This document shows, piece after piece, positions 14,564 to 23,554 of a stretch of 35,719 nt of DNA (the first letter of the stretch is position 1; every line of letters begins with the position of its first letter). The DNA comes from Candidatus Micrarchaeota archaeon (GTDB taxonomy: Archaea; Micrarchaeota; Micrarchaeia; Anstonellales; Bilamarchaeaceae): assembly GCA_040754495.1 (NCBI GenBank), contig JBFMCO010000040.1, positions 1-35,719 on the forward strand, given 5' to 3'. The position numbers were made by a program, and so were the translations under genes. The notes beneath the pieces were generated by a model, which saw only the letters and a program-made list of their open reading frames with translations, did no database searches and was not told the DNA's origin.

Positions 14564-15976
14564 TCATGCCCCCTTCCCGCGGTAAAGATGAATCGCCTTC
14601 TTCAGCGCGTCCTCGGCGGCCTCGGCAAGAGCCTCCGGGAGCGTCGGATGCGCGTGTATGGTCGCAGCGAGGTCCTCGAGCTGCGCGCCCATCTCGAGCG
14701 CGAGCGTCCCCTCGGCTATGAGGCTCCCCGCCCCTGCCCCTACAATATGCACGCCGAGGACGGTGCCGTTTTCGTCCGCGACGACCTTGACGAAACCTTC
14801 CGTCCTGTTTATCGCCCTCGCCTTTCCTGAAGCGGAAAAGGGCATCTTCCCGACTCTCACCTTGTAGCCTTGCTCCTTCGCCTCGTCCTCGGTCAGGCCG
14901 ACTACGGCTATCTCCGGGTCAGAGAACACGACCATTGGCACTCCCACGTTGTCGAACGCGCTCTTCTGGCCTGCAATAGCCTCTGCCGCGACCTTCCCCT
15001 GCCGAAACGCCTTGTGCGCGAGCTGCGGGCCGGGAGTGATGTCGCCTATCGCATAGATGTTCACGTCTGCGGTCCTGCAGGTCTCATCGACCATTATCAG
15101 GCCGTCTTCCCCGGGCCTGGCCTTGGTCTTCTCAAGCCCGAGACCCGCATAATCGCATTCCCTTCCGGCCGCGACAAGCATTTTGTCGAATTCGGCCTGC
15201 TTCTTCCCCTCCGGCGTCTTTATCGTCGCGACCGTCCCCGCGACCGATTCGACCTCGCTCCCGAACAAAACCGTCCCGCCCATCTCCTTCATCTTGCGGA
15301 GGAGGATGCCGGCGACTTCCGGCTCGAGGCGCTTGAGCAGCCGGCCGCCCCTGTGGACGAGGGTGACTTTAGAGCCGAACTTCATGAACATGTTCGCCAT
15401 CTCGACCGCGATGTAGCCGCCGCCGACTATAATCATCCGTTTCGGCACTTCCTTGAGCCGGAAAACATCGTCCGAGTCTATCACCCTCCGGTGGTCGCAT
15501 GGCAGGCCAGGAAGGTCCTTTATCACAGTGCCTGTGGCGATGATTGCCTTCCTGAACTCGATTGTCCTCATCCCAGCTTCGGTTTCAACCGAGAGGGTAT
15601 TGGATGACGTGAAGAACGCCCGCCCCTTTATCACCTCGACGCCGTTCAGCTTGCAGAGGGAAGCGATGCCGTTCCGCAGGTCTTCCACCACGCGGTCCTT
15701 CCACTCCTGCGTCTTTGCGAAATCGAGCGTGATTTCGGCGTGGATGCCCATGTCCTTCGCGTTCTCGTATTCGGCCTCGTGCTTCACGTCCGCAGCGTGT
15801 ATGAGCGCCTTTGAAGGGATGCATCCCACGTTGGTGCATACGCCGCCGAGCTTCCCCTTCTCGATGAGCGCGGCCTCCAGGCCGAGCTGGGCCGCCCTGA
15901 TTGCGGCCGTGTATCCGCCCGGCCCGCCACCTATCACTGCGACGTCAACTTTTGTAGTCAGCTGTCCCATTACCAT
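14564..15976 (-). CDS. lpdA: Dihydrolipoamide dehydrogenase (E3)
   Basis: GGGPGGY, redox-active GGVCTNVGCIPSK, GGGYIAVE, IYAIGD, IHAHPTLPE. Confidence 0.95.
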   Translation of the reverse strand: MVMGQLTTKVDVAVIGGGPGGYTAAIRAAQLGLEAALIEKGKLGGVCTNVGCIPSKALIHAADVKHEAEYENAKDMGIHAEITLDFAKTQEWKDRVVEDLRNGIASLCKLNGVEVIKGRAFFTSSNTLSVETEAGMRTIEFRKAIIATGTVIKDLPGLPCDHRRVIDSDDVFRLKEVPKRMIIVGGGYIAVEMANMFMKFGSKVTLVHRGGRLLKRLEPEVAGILLRKMKEMGGTVLFGSEVESVAGTVATIKTPEGKKQAEFDKMLVAAGRECDYAGLGLEKTKARPGEDGLIMVDETCRTADVNIYAIGDITPGPQLAHKAFRQGKVAAEAIAGQKSAFDNVGVPMVVFSDPEIAVVGLTEDEAKEQGYKVRVGKMPFSASGKARAINRTEGFVKVVADENGTVLGVHIVGAGAGSLIAEGTLALEMGAQLEDLAATIHAHPTLPEALAEAAEDALKKAIHLYRGKGA

Positions 15977-15990
15977 GGCATTTCCACCAT

Positions 15991-17727
15991 TTATCTGCGC
16001 TTGGCAAGTTCTTTCTCAATCCTCTTCACCGGATAAGTATTAAGTATGTCCTTCGCCTCAAGCCAGCCGCGCCTTGCCTGCGCCACTGCGAATTTCAGGT
16101 ATCCCATGTGGTTCACGTTGTGCGCGTCGGTCGAGAGCGTGAACCTGCATCCTGCCTCCTTTGCCGCCCTTATGTGGACGTCCTTGAGGTCCAGCCTGTC
16201 CGGGAAGCCGTCTATCTCGACGAAAGTGCCCGTCTTCCTGCATGCGTCGAACACGGTGTCGAGATTCACCGCATACGGCTCCCTCTGGTTTATCACCCTC
16301 CCGGTCGGGTGCGCGAGAGCATGAATCGGGTAGCTTTCGATGGCGTCGACCATCCTTTTCGTCATCTCCTTCTCTTCCATCTTGAACCCGCTGTGGACCG
16401 CGGCCAGGACGAAGTCGAGCCCCTCCAGCGCTTTCCTGGAAAGGGCAAGGGTCCCGTCCTTGAGTATGTCCACCTCGCTCCCCTTGAATATCCGTATGCC
16501 GGTTTTTTTCTCCACGGCCTCTATCTCCTTCGCCTGCTGCGCCAGCCGCTTCTCATCAAGCGCGTGCGCTATCTTCAGGAACGAGCCGCCATGGTCCGTG
16601 ATGGCGATGAATTCGTGCCCCATGCCCCTCGCTGTTTCAGCCATGGCCGCGATGCTGTCGTTGCCGTCGCTCCACGAAGTCTGCGTCTGGAAGTCGCCTT
16701 TCACGTCCTTGAGCCGCACAAGCTCGGGGAGCTTGCCTTTCCCCGCCGCCTCGATTTCGCCGGAATTCTCCCGCATCTCAGGCTCTACATACGCAAGGCC
16801 GAGCTTCCTGTATATCTCCTCCTCGCTCTTTCCGGCCACCCTCTTCTTCCCCTTTATCGTGAATAAGCCGTACTCGTTCAACGTGAGCCCTTTGGCGTTC
16901 GCGAGCTTCCTCAATGCCACGTTGTGGTCCTTGTTTCCGGTGAAGTACTGGAGCGCGCTCCCGAATTCGTCCTCCCCGAGGACGCGGAAGTCCACATGGA
17001 GGCTGTTCCTTAGGAGGACCGCGGATTTCGTCTTCCCTTTCGCCTCCACGGTTCTGACCTCCTCCATCTTCGTGACGAAGTCCATGACCGATTCGGGCTC
17101 CTCAGAGATAATGAGGAAGTCCAGGTCGCCGACGCTCTCCTTCATGCGGCGGTAGCTCCCGGCTATCTCCACCCTGCTGACGGATTTTTGCGCGGCGATG
17201 CGCGCCCGGATTTCCTCGGCAAGCGAGGCGATATGGCCGATGGGGAACCTCTTCTCCTTGCCCCCGCCTACGAGTTCGATTCCGCGTAAGATATCCTCCT
17301 CCATCTTCGGCCCGAGGCCAGGGATGCCCCGGAGCTTCTGCGCTTTCGCAGCCTCCCGCAGGTCCGCGAGCGTCTTCACTCCGAGTTTGTCATAGACGAG
17401 CTTGATTCTCTTCGGGCCCATGCCCGGGACGGACATCAGCTCCTCCACGTCCAGCGGGAACTGCTTCTTCAGCTCTTCGTAATAGGCCAGCTTCCCGGTG
17501 TCCAGCAGCTCCCCGATTTTTTTCGCGATTGCCTCTCCGATTCCCGGAAGCTCTTCGAGCGCGTCGGTCCCGCCTTTGCGGTAAATATCCGAAGCCTCCT
17601 CATGAAGGCTCTCGATGGTCCTTGCTGCCTTCTCGTAGGCCCGGGGCTTGAACGGGACGCCCTGCATGTCGAGAAGCTCGGCTATGGCATACAGAACACG
17701 CGCGATATCAGCGTTCTTGAGGGCCAC
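15991..17727 (-). CDS. polX: DNA polymerase X family with C-terminal PHP domain
   Basis: HhH motifs (LPGIGEAIA, VPGMGPK, IPGLGPK), AGSYRR.KESVGDLDFL, HVDFRV, LQYFTGNKDHN, LNEYGL; PHP motifs ITDH, GSEVDI, HPTGR, STDAH. Confidence 0.93.
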   Translation of the reverse strand: MALKNADIARVLYAIAELLDMQGVPFKPRAYEKAARTIESLHEEASDIYRKGGTDALEELPGIGEAIAKKIGELLDTGKLAYYEELKKQFPLDVEELMSVPGMGPKRIKLVYDKLGVKTLADLREAAKAQKLRGIPGLGPKMEEDILRGIELVGGGKEKRFPIGHIASLAEEIRARIAAQKSVSRVEIAGSYRRMKESVGDLDFLIISEEPESVMDFVTKMEEVRTVEAKGKTKSAVLLRNSLHVDFRVLGEDEFGSALQYFTGNKDHNVALRKLANAKGLTLNEYGLFTIKGKKRVAGKSEEEIYRKLGLAYVEPEMRENSGEIEAAGKGKLPELVRLKDVKGDFQTQTSWSDGNDSIAAMAETARGMGHEFIAITDHGGSFLKIAHALDEKRLAQQAKEIEAVEKKTGIRIFKGSEVDILKDGTLALSRKALEGLDFVLAAVHSGFKMEEKEMTKRMVDAIESYPIHALAHPTGRVINQREPYAVNLDTVFDACRKTGTFVEIDGFPDRLDLKDVHIRAAKEAGCRFTLSTDAHNVNHMGYLKFAVAQARRGWLEAKDILNTYPVKRIEKELAKRR

Positions 17728-17813
17728 AATCCGATAATCGGAACATAAAATATAAAACCGAGCGTTGGCCCCCAGTAGTTCCGGACATCTTCTGCCACGC
17801 CGGCACTATTACG

Positions 17814-17910
17814 GCGGTTTTCGGTTTCCAGTTTCCTGTTTTGGCTGCGAATATTGCACTAAAACTGCTGTTTCGTCCGGAACCGGAAACCCGAGACTGG
17901 AAACCACAGA
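17814..17910. repeat. Inverted pair of heptamer arrays (potential hairpin or terminator-like element)
   Basis: Left GCGGTTT|TCGGTTT|CCAGTTT|CCTGTTT (17814-17841); right arm in opposite orientation (17877-17910). Perfect 10-bp IR: GGTTTCCAGT 17823-17832 and ACTGGAAACC 17896-17905. Confidence 0.75.
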
Positions 17911-17966
17911 ATAATGGCAGTTTGTGTCTGCGAACGTTAGGATGTGCTGGCCCCTCTCGGGCTGCA

Positions 17967-18446
17967 TCACATGGAGCGGCGCGCCGTTCCTGCCTTTTTC
18001 GCCTTAAGGAACCTGATTACCTTCCTTATGTTCCTGCCCAGGGCCTCCTGCGTCTTTAAGTAGTTGAGGTAGCGGAGTATCTCCTTGCGGTGCGACGGGG
18101 CGAGCTCCCGGAAAGCAGCCCCCGCATCCCTGTCATCCGCAAGCGCGGCGGCCAAAGCCTTCGGCATCGGCTCTGCCCGCGGTTCACTGTCGAGCCGCAC
18201 TTCGATATCTGCCCAATCGCCCGGCGATACCCCCGACTCGCGCCGCATATCCCCATTCAGGTACAGCAGCCATGCATGGCGGTACCTGACAACCGTTGTC
18301 CTGAACGGTTTCCCCTGCAGCTTTCCCCTGACCGGTACCGGCCCTTTCTTTTTTGCTTCTCCGTGGAGCTTCAGGACGATGCCTTCAGGCACATACACGC
18401 AGGGATTTACCCCTACCCTGCGGACTTTAGCCGAAAACCTTGCCAT
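17967..18446 (-). CDS. DUF1905 plus YdeI/OmdA-like (bacteriocin-protection) protein
   Basis: VPVRGKLQGKPFRTTVV...LYLNGDMRRESGVSPGD...V.LD, then MPKALAAAL...AFRELAPSHRKEILRYL..LKT.EAL.RNI.K. Confidence 0.8.
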   Translation of the reverse strand: MARFSAKVRRVGVNPCVYVPEGIVLKLHGEAKKKGPVPVRGKLQGKPFRTTVVRYRHAWLLYLNGDMRRESGVSPGDWADIEVRLDSEPRAEPMPKALAAALADDRDAGAAFRELAPSHRKEILRYLNYLKTQEALGRNIRKVIRFLKAKKAGTARRSM

Positions 18447-18459
18447 GCCAGCATCACTG

Positions 18460-19770
18460 CTAAATCATGTCGACGAGCATCAGGTCCGGGTCCTCGAGGT
18501 GCTTCATCACGACGTTCATGAACAGCGTCGCTTCCGCCCCGTCCACCACGCGGTGGTCGAAGCAGAGGGACAATCCGAGCACCTTCCTGATTTTCATCTT
18601 CCCCTCCAGCGGCAGCACCATCTCCTTGATCCTGTGCACGCCCATTATCGCGACCTCTGGCGGGTTGATTATCGGCGTCGAGAACATGCCGCCTACGCTG
18701 CCTATGTTGGTTATCGTGAACGTGCCCCCGCGCAGCTCGTCGAGCTTCAGCTTCCTCTCGCGGGCCATCACCGCAAGGTGCTCGATGTCCTGGGCGATTT
18801 CCACGATGGATTTGCGGTCTATGTCCTTCACGACCGGGACCATCAGGCCTTCCGGCGTATCGACTGCGATGCCGATGCTGTGCTGTTTCTTCACCACTAT
18901 GTCGCCGGCAGACTCGTCGAAATGGGCGTTGAATTTCGGGTATTCCTTGAGCGCGATGGCGACGGCCTTCACTATGAACGGGAGGTAAGTCAGCTTCACG
19001 CCCTTTGGCTCGAAGTTCTTCTTCTCCTTCTCCCTGAGCTCCGAAAGCTTCGTGACGTCGCAGAAGTCCATCCCGCACGCGTGCGGTATGTGCGTCTTGG
19101 AATACGCCATCTTTTCCGCTATGACCTTGCGCAGGTGCGTGAGAGGGATACGCTGGTCGCCTTCCTCTGCAATCACCCGTGGCGCTGCAGCAATCTGCAC
19201 AGGGGTTTCCGGCATCCTGCCTCCTGTTTCCGGCCTCCCGACTGCGGTTCCGGGTGCTGGAGGCTGGGGGCCGGCTGCAGGCATGCCGCCCGAAGCCGCC
19301 TTCTTCACATCATCATCAGTGATTCTTCCGCCCGGCCCGCTCCCGCGTATGGCAGCCAAATCAACGCCTAACTCGCGCGCGAGCTTTCTCGTAGCTGGAG
19401 CGGCCATGGCATGGCCCGGGGAGGCCATGGGGGGTTCCGGTCTCGGGCCTCCTGTTTCCGGCTGCCGTGGTGCTGGAGACGGGATGCTGGGTGCCGGGGG
19501 CGCAGCCGATGGCGCATAGCTCTCCCCGGCCTCGCCGACAACGACCAGGATCTCCCCCACTTTCACGACCTGCCCGACCTGGAAGTTGATTTTCAGGATG
19601 GTGCCTGTCGCGGGCGAGGGAAGCTCCACGACCGCCTTGTCCGTCTCGACCTCTACGATGGTCTGGTCCGCCTTCACGGCGTCCCCTTCCTTGAAGTGCC
19701 ACTTCACAATGGTGCCTTCGTGTATGCCTTCGCCTACGTCCGGAAACCTGAATTCCCTTGCTATGTCCAT
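18460..19770 (-). CDS. pdhC: 2-oxoacid dehydrogenase E2 (dihydrolipoamide acyltransferase), one lipoyl domain
   Basis: PDVGEG, VETDKA lipoyl-Lys, peripheral-subunit-binding domain AAPATRKLARELGVDL...GSGPGGRI, catalytic DHRVVDG. Confidence 0.93.
   Translation of the reverse strand: MDIAREFRFPDVGEGIHEGTIVKWHFKEGDAVKADQTIVEVETDKAVVELPSPATGTILKINFQVGQVVKVGEILVVVGEAGESYAPSAAPPAPSIPSPAPRQPETGGPRPEPPMASPGHAMAAPATRKLARELGVDLAAIRGSGPGGRITDDDVKKAASGGMPAAGPQPPAPGTAVGRPETGGRMPETPVQIAAAPRVIAEEGDQRIPLTHLRKVIAEKMAYSKTHIPHACGMDFCDVTKLSELREKEKKNFEPKGVKLTYLPFIVKAVAIALKEYPKFNAHFDESAGDIVVKKQHSIGIAVDTPEGLMVPVVKDIDRKSIVEIAQDIEHLAVMARERKLKLDELRGGTFTITNIGSVGGMFSTPIINPPEVAIMGVHRIKEMVLPLEGKMKIRKVLGLSLCFDHRVVDGAEATLFMNVVMKHLEDPDLMLVDMI
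19202..19257 (+). repeat. Heptamer array inside the second E2 linker
   Basis: GGGGTTT|CCGGCAT|CCTGCCT|CCTGTTT|CCGGCCT|CCCGACT|GCGGTTC|CGGGTGC. Confidence 0.6.
19430..19471 (+). repeat. Heptamer array inside the first E2 linker
   Basis: GGGGGTT|CCGGTCT|CGGGCCT|CCTGTTT|CCGGCTG; shares CCTGTTTCCGGC with the array at 19223-19234, both encoding PETGG. Confidence 0.6.
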
Positions 19771-19777
19771 CCCCTCT

Positions 19778-20761
19778 TCAGAATCTTGCCGTCTCCAATA
19801 TCCCCTTCAGTATCCTCTTCTTGTCCGGGAAATAGTAATCCTCGAGCTTCGGGTACGGTATGGTTATGTCCCATCCTGTGACGCGCCTGACCGGTGCCTC
19901 CAGGCTGAGGAACGCCTTCTCCATGACCCTCGCCGCTATCTCGGCCCCGAATCCGAGCGTCTTGACCGCTTCGTGAACCACCACGCACCTGCCCGTCTTG
20001 CTGACCGAGGCGATTATGGTGTCCCAGTCGCAAGGCGAAAGCGTCCTGAGGTCTATGTGCTCCACAGAGACCCCCTGCTGCTCCGCCTCCGCGACCGCGT
20101 CCTTGCTCACGTACGTCATCGCGCCCCAGGAAATGAGCGTCACGTCGCTTCCTTCCTTCAGGACGTGCGCCTTGCCAAGTGTGATTTCGTAGCGCTCCTC
20201 CGGCACCTCCTCCTTGAAGGCGCGATACAGCCTTTTCGGCTCGAAATAAAGGACCGTGTCCTCGTCCATGAGCGAAGCCGCAAGCAGGCCCTTGGCCTCA
20301 TATGGCGATGATGGGCAGACGACCTTCAGGCCCGGGATGTGGATGTATATGCTCTCCAGGCTCTCGCTGTGGTGCTCGAGCGCCCTTATGCCCCCGCTGT
20401 AGGGGAGCCTCACGACCATAGGCACGCTGAACGTGCCCCTCGTCCTGTTCCTGAGCCTTGCCGCATGCTGGACAAGATGGTGGTAAGCGTTGTACTCGAA
20501 TCCCTGGAACTGGATTTCCGCGACCGGGCGGAGGCCGAGCGCCGCCATGCCGACCGCCATCCCGATTATCCCGGATTCCGAGAGCGGCGTGTCTATGACG
20601 CGCTCCCTGCCGAATTTCGCATAAAGTCCTTCCGTAACCCTGAAGACCCCGCCATCGACGCCGACGTCCTCGCCCATCAGGACCACGGACTGGTCCCGCT
20701 CCATCTCCTGCCTTAGGGCGCTGTTTATCGCCTCGACCATGTTGATTTTCATGAGCGTCAC
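19778..20761 (-). CDS. pdhB: 2-oxoacid dehydrogenase E1 beta subunit
   Basis: GEDVG.DGGVFRVTEGL, IDTPLSESGI, AEIQF, HHSES, IDLRTL.P. Start is GTG 20761 (overlapping the pdhA TGA) or ATG 20752. Confidence 0.93.
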   Translation of the reverse strand: MTLMKINMVEAINSALRQEMERDQSVVLMGEDVGVDGGVFRVTEGLYAKFGRERVIDTPLSESGIIGMAVGMAALGLRPVAEIQFQGFEYNAYHHLVQHAARLRNRTRGTFSVPMVVRLPYSGGIRALEHHSESLESIYIHIPGLKVVCPSSPYEAKGLLAASLMDEDTVLYFEPKRLYRAFKEEVPEERYEITLGKAHVLKEGSDVTLISWGAMTYVSKDAVAEAEQQGVSVEHIDLRTLSPCDWDTIIASVSKTGRCVVVHEAVKTLGFGAEIAARVMEKAFLSLEAPVRRVTGWDITIPYPKLEDYYFPDKKRILKGILETARF

Positions 20762-21816
20762 TCCCCGAAGCACTCCTTCATCTGCTCTTCCACATCCTTT
20801 GGCGTCTTCGCGAACACGAATTTGAAGATGTCCTTCGGGTTCCCGCTGAAGGCCTCTGCCTTAGCCACGCCCTCCTCGACAAGAGCCGCGGCGGACGTGC
20901 CGACCTCCTCTTCGTATTTCTCGCTCCAGATGCCCTTTCCCTTGAGATACGCCTGGAACCTCCTTATCGGGTCCCTCTCGCGCCAGTACGCGACCTCCTT
21001 TTCGTCCCTGTACTTCTTCGGGTCGTCCGCGGTCGTGTGCGGCCCCATCCTGTAGGTGACCGCCTCGATGAGCGTGGATTTGCCCGCTTTCGCCATCTCC
21101 GAAGCCTCCCTTACCGCCGCATACATCGCGAGGACGTCGTTCCCGTCCACCTGTATGCCCCGTATGCCGTATGCCAGGGCCTTCTGCGCTATGGTTTCGG
21201 ACTTCGTCTGCCATTTCCTCGGGACGGAAATCGCATACTGGTTGTTCGAGATGAGGAAGACATTGCCGGTCTCGAGGACGCCGGCGAAATTGAGCGCGTC
21301 GTGGAAGTCGCCCTCGCTCGTCGAGCCGTCCCCGCCGAAGACTATCGCAGCGGCCTTCTCCCCCTTCATCTTCATCGCGTAGGCGGCCCCTACCGCGTGC
21401 GCATGCTGCGTGCCGATTGGTATCGCGAGCGGGAAGCATCGCAGCTTCTTGTCCAGTTTCAGCCCCTCTTCCCACCCCATCCAGCCGATGTTCAGCTCCC
21501 AAAGCGGAGCGCCCCTTACATGATACACGAAGCTCTCCCTGTACGTCGGGAACAGCCAGTCCTCCGGGGCGGCGGCCAGAGCGCATGCCACGGATATGGC
21601 TTCCTGGCCTTCCACGGGCGCATAAGTATACATCCTCCCTGTCCGCTGGAGGGCCAGGCACTTGCGGTCCCATACCCTTGCCAGTACCATGAGGCGGTAC
21701 ATCCTGTCGAGCGTTTCCGAAGGCAGCTTCGGCTCGAGCTTAGCGTCGACGTTCCCGTCCTTGTCCAGGATTTCGAGGCGCTCGACCTTTCCCTGGTAAG
21801 CTGTCGTCATCGGCAT
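20758..21816 (-). CDS. pdhA: 2-oxoacid dehydrogenase E1 alpha subunit
   Basis: ThDP motif GDGSTSEGDFHDALNFA...NNQYAIS; YRMGPHTTADDP. Start uncertain (21816 or 21810). Confidence 0.93.
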   Translation of the reverse strand: MPMTTAYQGKVERLEILDKDGNVDAKLEPKLPSETLDRMYRLMVLARVWDRKCLALQRTGRMYTYAPVEGQEAISVACALAAAPEDWLFPTYRESFVYHVRGAPLWELNIGWMGWEEGLKLDKKLRCFPLAIPIGTQHAHAVGAAYAMKMKGEKAAAIVFGGDGSTSEGDFHDALNFAGVLETGNVFLISNNQYAISVPRKWQTKSETIAQKALAYGIRGIQVDGNDVLAMYAAVREASEMAKAGKSTLIEAVTYRMGPHTTADDPKKYRDEKEVAYWRERDPIRRFQAYLKGKGIWSEKYEEEVGTSAAALVEEGVAKAEAFSGNPKDIFKFVFAKTPKDVEEQMKECFGE

Positions 21817-21853
21817 AGAAATCGGTATCAATACTTAGGCTACCTTAAAAAGA

Positions 21854-22792
21854 TTAACCGCTTGCACGGGATGAGATGAGGTTTTTTATGAAGGGCTCGC
21901 CTGCCTTGTACGAGCTGCGGACAAACGGGCCGCTCGCTACGTACTTGAATCCGAGGTCGTAGCCCATGCGCTCGTATTTTTTGAACGCGTCCGGGTGTAC
22001 GAACTCCCTCACGGGAAGATGCCTCGGCATTGCCGAAGGCGAGAGATACTGCCCGATTGTGAATAGCTCCACCCCTGCTTTGACGACGTCCTCCATCGTC
22101 TGCCTGACCTCGTCCTCCCTCTCGCCGAGGCCGACCATCATCCCTGATTTCGTGATGACCCTTCCGCCGGAGATCTCCCTATACCGCCGCAATACGTCAA
22201 GGGACTGCCTGTAGCCTGCCCTGATGTCGCGCACGCCCCTTGTCAGCCTCTCGACGGTTTCCACGTTGTGCGAAACGACATCCGGCTTCGCGTCTATTAT
22301 CTTCTGGAGAGCGTGCGCCTTCCCCTTGAAATCCGGAACCAGCACCTCGACGAGCATCTCCGGCATCCTTCTTTTCAGCGCCCTGACGCATTCCGCGAAA
22401 TGCCCGGCCCCGTCGTCCTCCAAATCATCCCTCGCCACGGATGTTATGACGATGTATCTCAACCCCATGGTGCTGACCGCTTCGGCCAGCTTCTCCGGTT
22501 CTCCGGGGTCAGGAGGCGGCGGCCTGGCCATGGTGCTGATGGCGCAGAACCTGCATCCCCTCGTGCAGTGCTCGCCCATGACCATGAACGTCGCCGTGCC
22601 CTGCGCCCAGCATTCGGACTTGTTCGGGCAGTGCGCGCTCTGGCAGACCGAGTGCAGGCTGTATGCTCCCATCAGCCCGCCGATATGCCTGCTCGAATGG
22701 TTCTCCGTATGCCTTATCCTGAACCATTCCGGGAGGCGGGGCTTTCCCGCCCCTGTCCTGAAAGAGACGGTGAATCCCTCATCGCACTGCAT
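21854..22792 (-). CDS. lipA: Lipoyl synthase (radical SAM)
   Basis: CX4CX5C (CQSAHCPNKSEC), CX3CX2C (CTRGCRFC), HNVETV, C-terminal VRSSY. Confidence 0.95.
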   Translation of the reverse strand: MQCDEGFTVSFRTGAGKPRLPEWFRIRHTENHSSRHIGGLMGAYSLHSVCQSAHCPNKSECWAQGTATFMVMGEHCTRGCRFCAISTMARPPPPDPGEPEKLAEAVSTMGLRYIVITSVARDDLEDDGAGHFAECVRALKRRMPEMLVEVLVPDFKGKAHALQKIIDAKPDVVSHNVETVERLTRGVRDIRAGYRQSLDVLRRYREISGGRVITKSGMMVGLGEREDEVRQTMEDVVKAGVELFTIGQYLSPSAMPRHLPVREFVHPDAFKKYERMGYDLGFKYVASGPFVRSSYKAGEPFIKNLISSRASG

Positions 22793-22823
22793 GTGGTGGA
22801 TTCCCTGAAAAAGCTTAAAAGAA

Positions 22824-22862
22824 GAACTCAGGATTCCGAACAGGAAACTCGAGACCGGAGAC
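22824..22862 (-). repeat. Heptamer array immediately downstream of a stop codon
   Basis: Plus strand GAACTCA|GGATTCC|GAACAGG|AAACTCG|AGACCGG, i.e. CCGGTCT|CGAGTTT|CCTGTTC|GGAATCC|TGAGTTC on the minus strand. Confidence 0.65.
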
Positions 22863-22864
22863 GC

Positions 22865-23521
22865 CTAGTGCCGGAGCGTCTGCTGGCTCCTTGCGACCAT
22901 GGGCATCTCGATTACCCGTGCCAGCCTGATAGGCTTCTCTGCCGGAAGCGCGGAGCACATGGCCTTCCCGGCTGCCCTTTTTGCCGCCGGCGTCCCCTTC
23001 TCGGAGAGGAGGCGCAGGAAATCCATGTGGCCCGGGGTGTCGTCTAGGTCCATAAGGAGCCCTCTCAGGCTTTTTGCGTCGGATGACGCGAGCTCGGCAA
23101 GCAGCTTCTTCGCGCCTTCGTTGGTGAAGTTGCCCTGGCAGAGCGCATTGGCCGCTTCCTCGACGACGGTGTCAATCCTGAAGATGCCTTCGTATCCCAT
23201 GGACTTCAGGACCACGATGGACACCCTCTTCATGTCCGCATCCCAGTGCTGGGATGCGTCTATCTCGTTCGCCTTGAGAATCCTCCCGATGACCTTTATC
23301 CGGTCCTCTATCTTGCCGTTGAGCCTGTCCTTCACTTCGGCCGGCGGCGAGAACCGCCCGACCAGCTCGCCGAGCGCGTAATCCATCTTGTCATAAGCAG
23401 AGATCAGGGCGTCCTTGTCCCTGGCATGGTTGAGCATCTCCCGCGTGCCACGAGCGAGCACCGGGTTGACCTCGTGCCAGAAGGCCGCTTCGTCGAAGCC
23501 TGACCTGTACGGTTCTTCCAT
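22865..23521 (-). CDS. Hypothetical helical protein (about 218 aa)
   Basis: ORF with plausible composition; start placed at ATG 23521 after a GGGGTGGG RBS. No family recognised. Confidence 0.65.
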   Translation of the reverse strand: MEEPYRSGFDEAAFWHEVNPVLARGTREMLNHARDKDALISAYDKMDYALGELVGRFSPPAEVKDRLNGKIEDRIKVIGRILKANEIDASQHWDADMKRVSIVVLKSMGYEGIFRIDTVVEEAANALCQGNFTNEGAKKLLAELASSDAKSLRGLLMDLDDTPGHMDFLRLLSEKGTPAAKRAAGKAMCSALPAEKPIRLARVIEMPMVARSQQTLRH

Positions 23522-23554
23522 AGTCCCACCCCGGGCGGATCCGCATCCGCCCAA

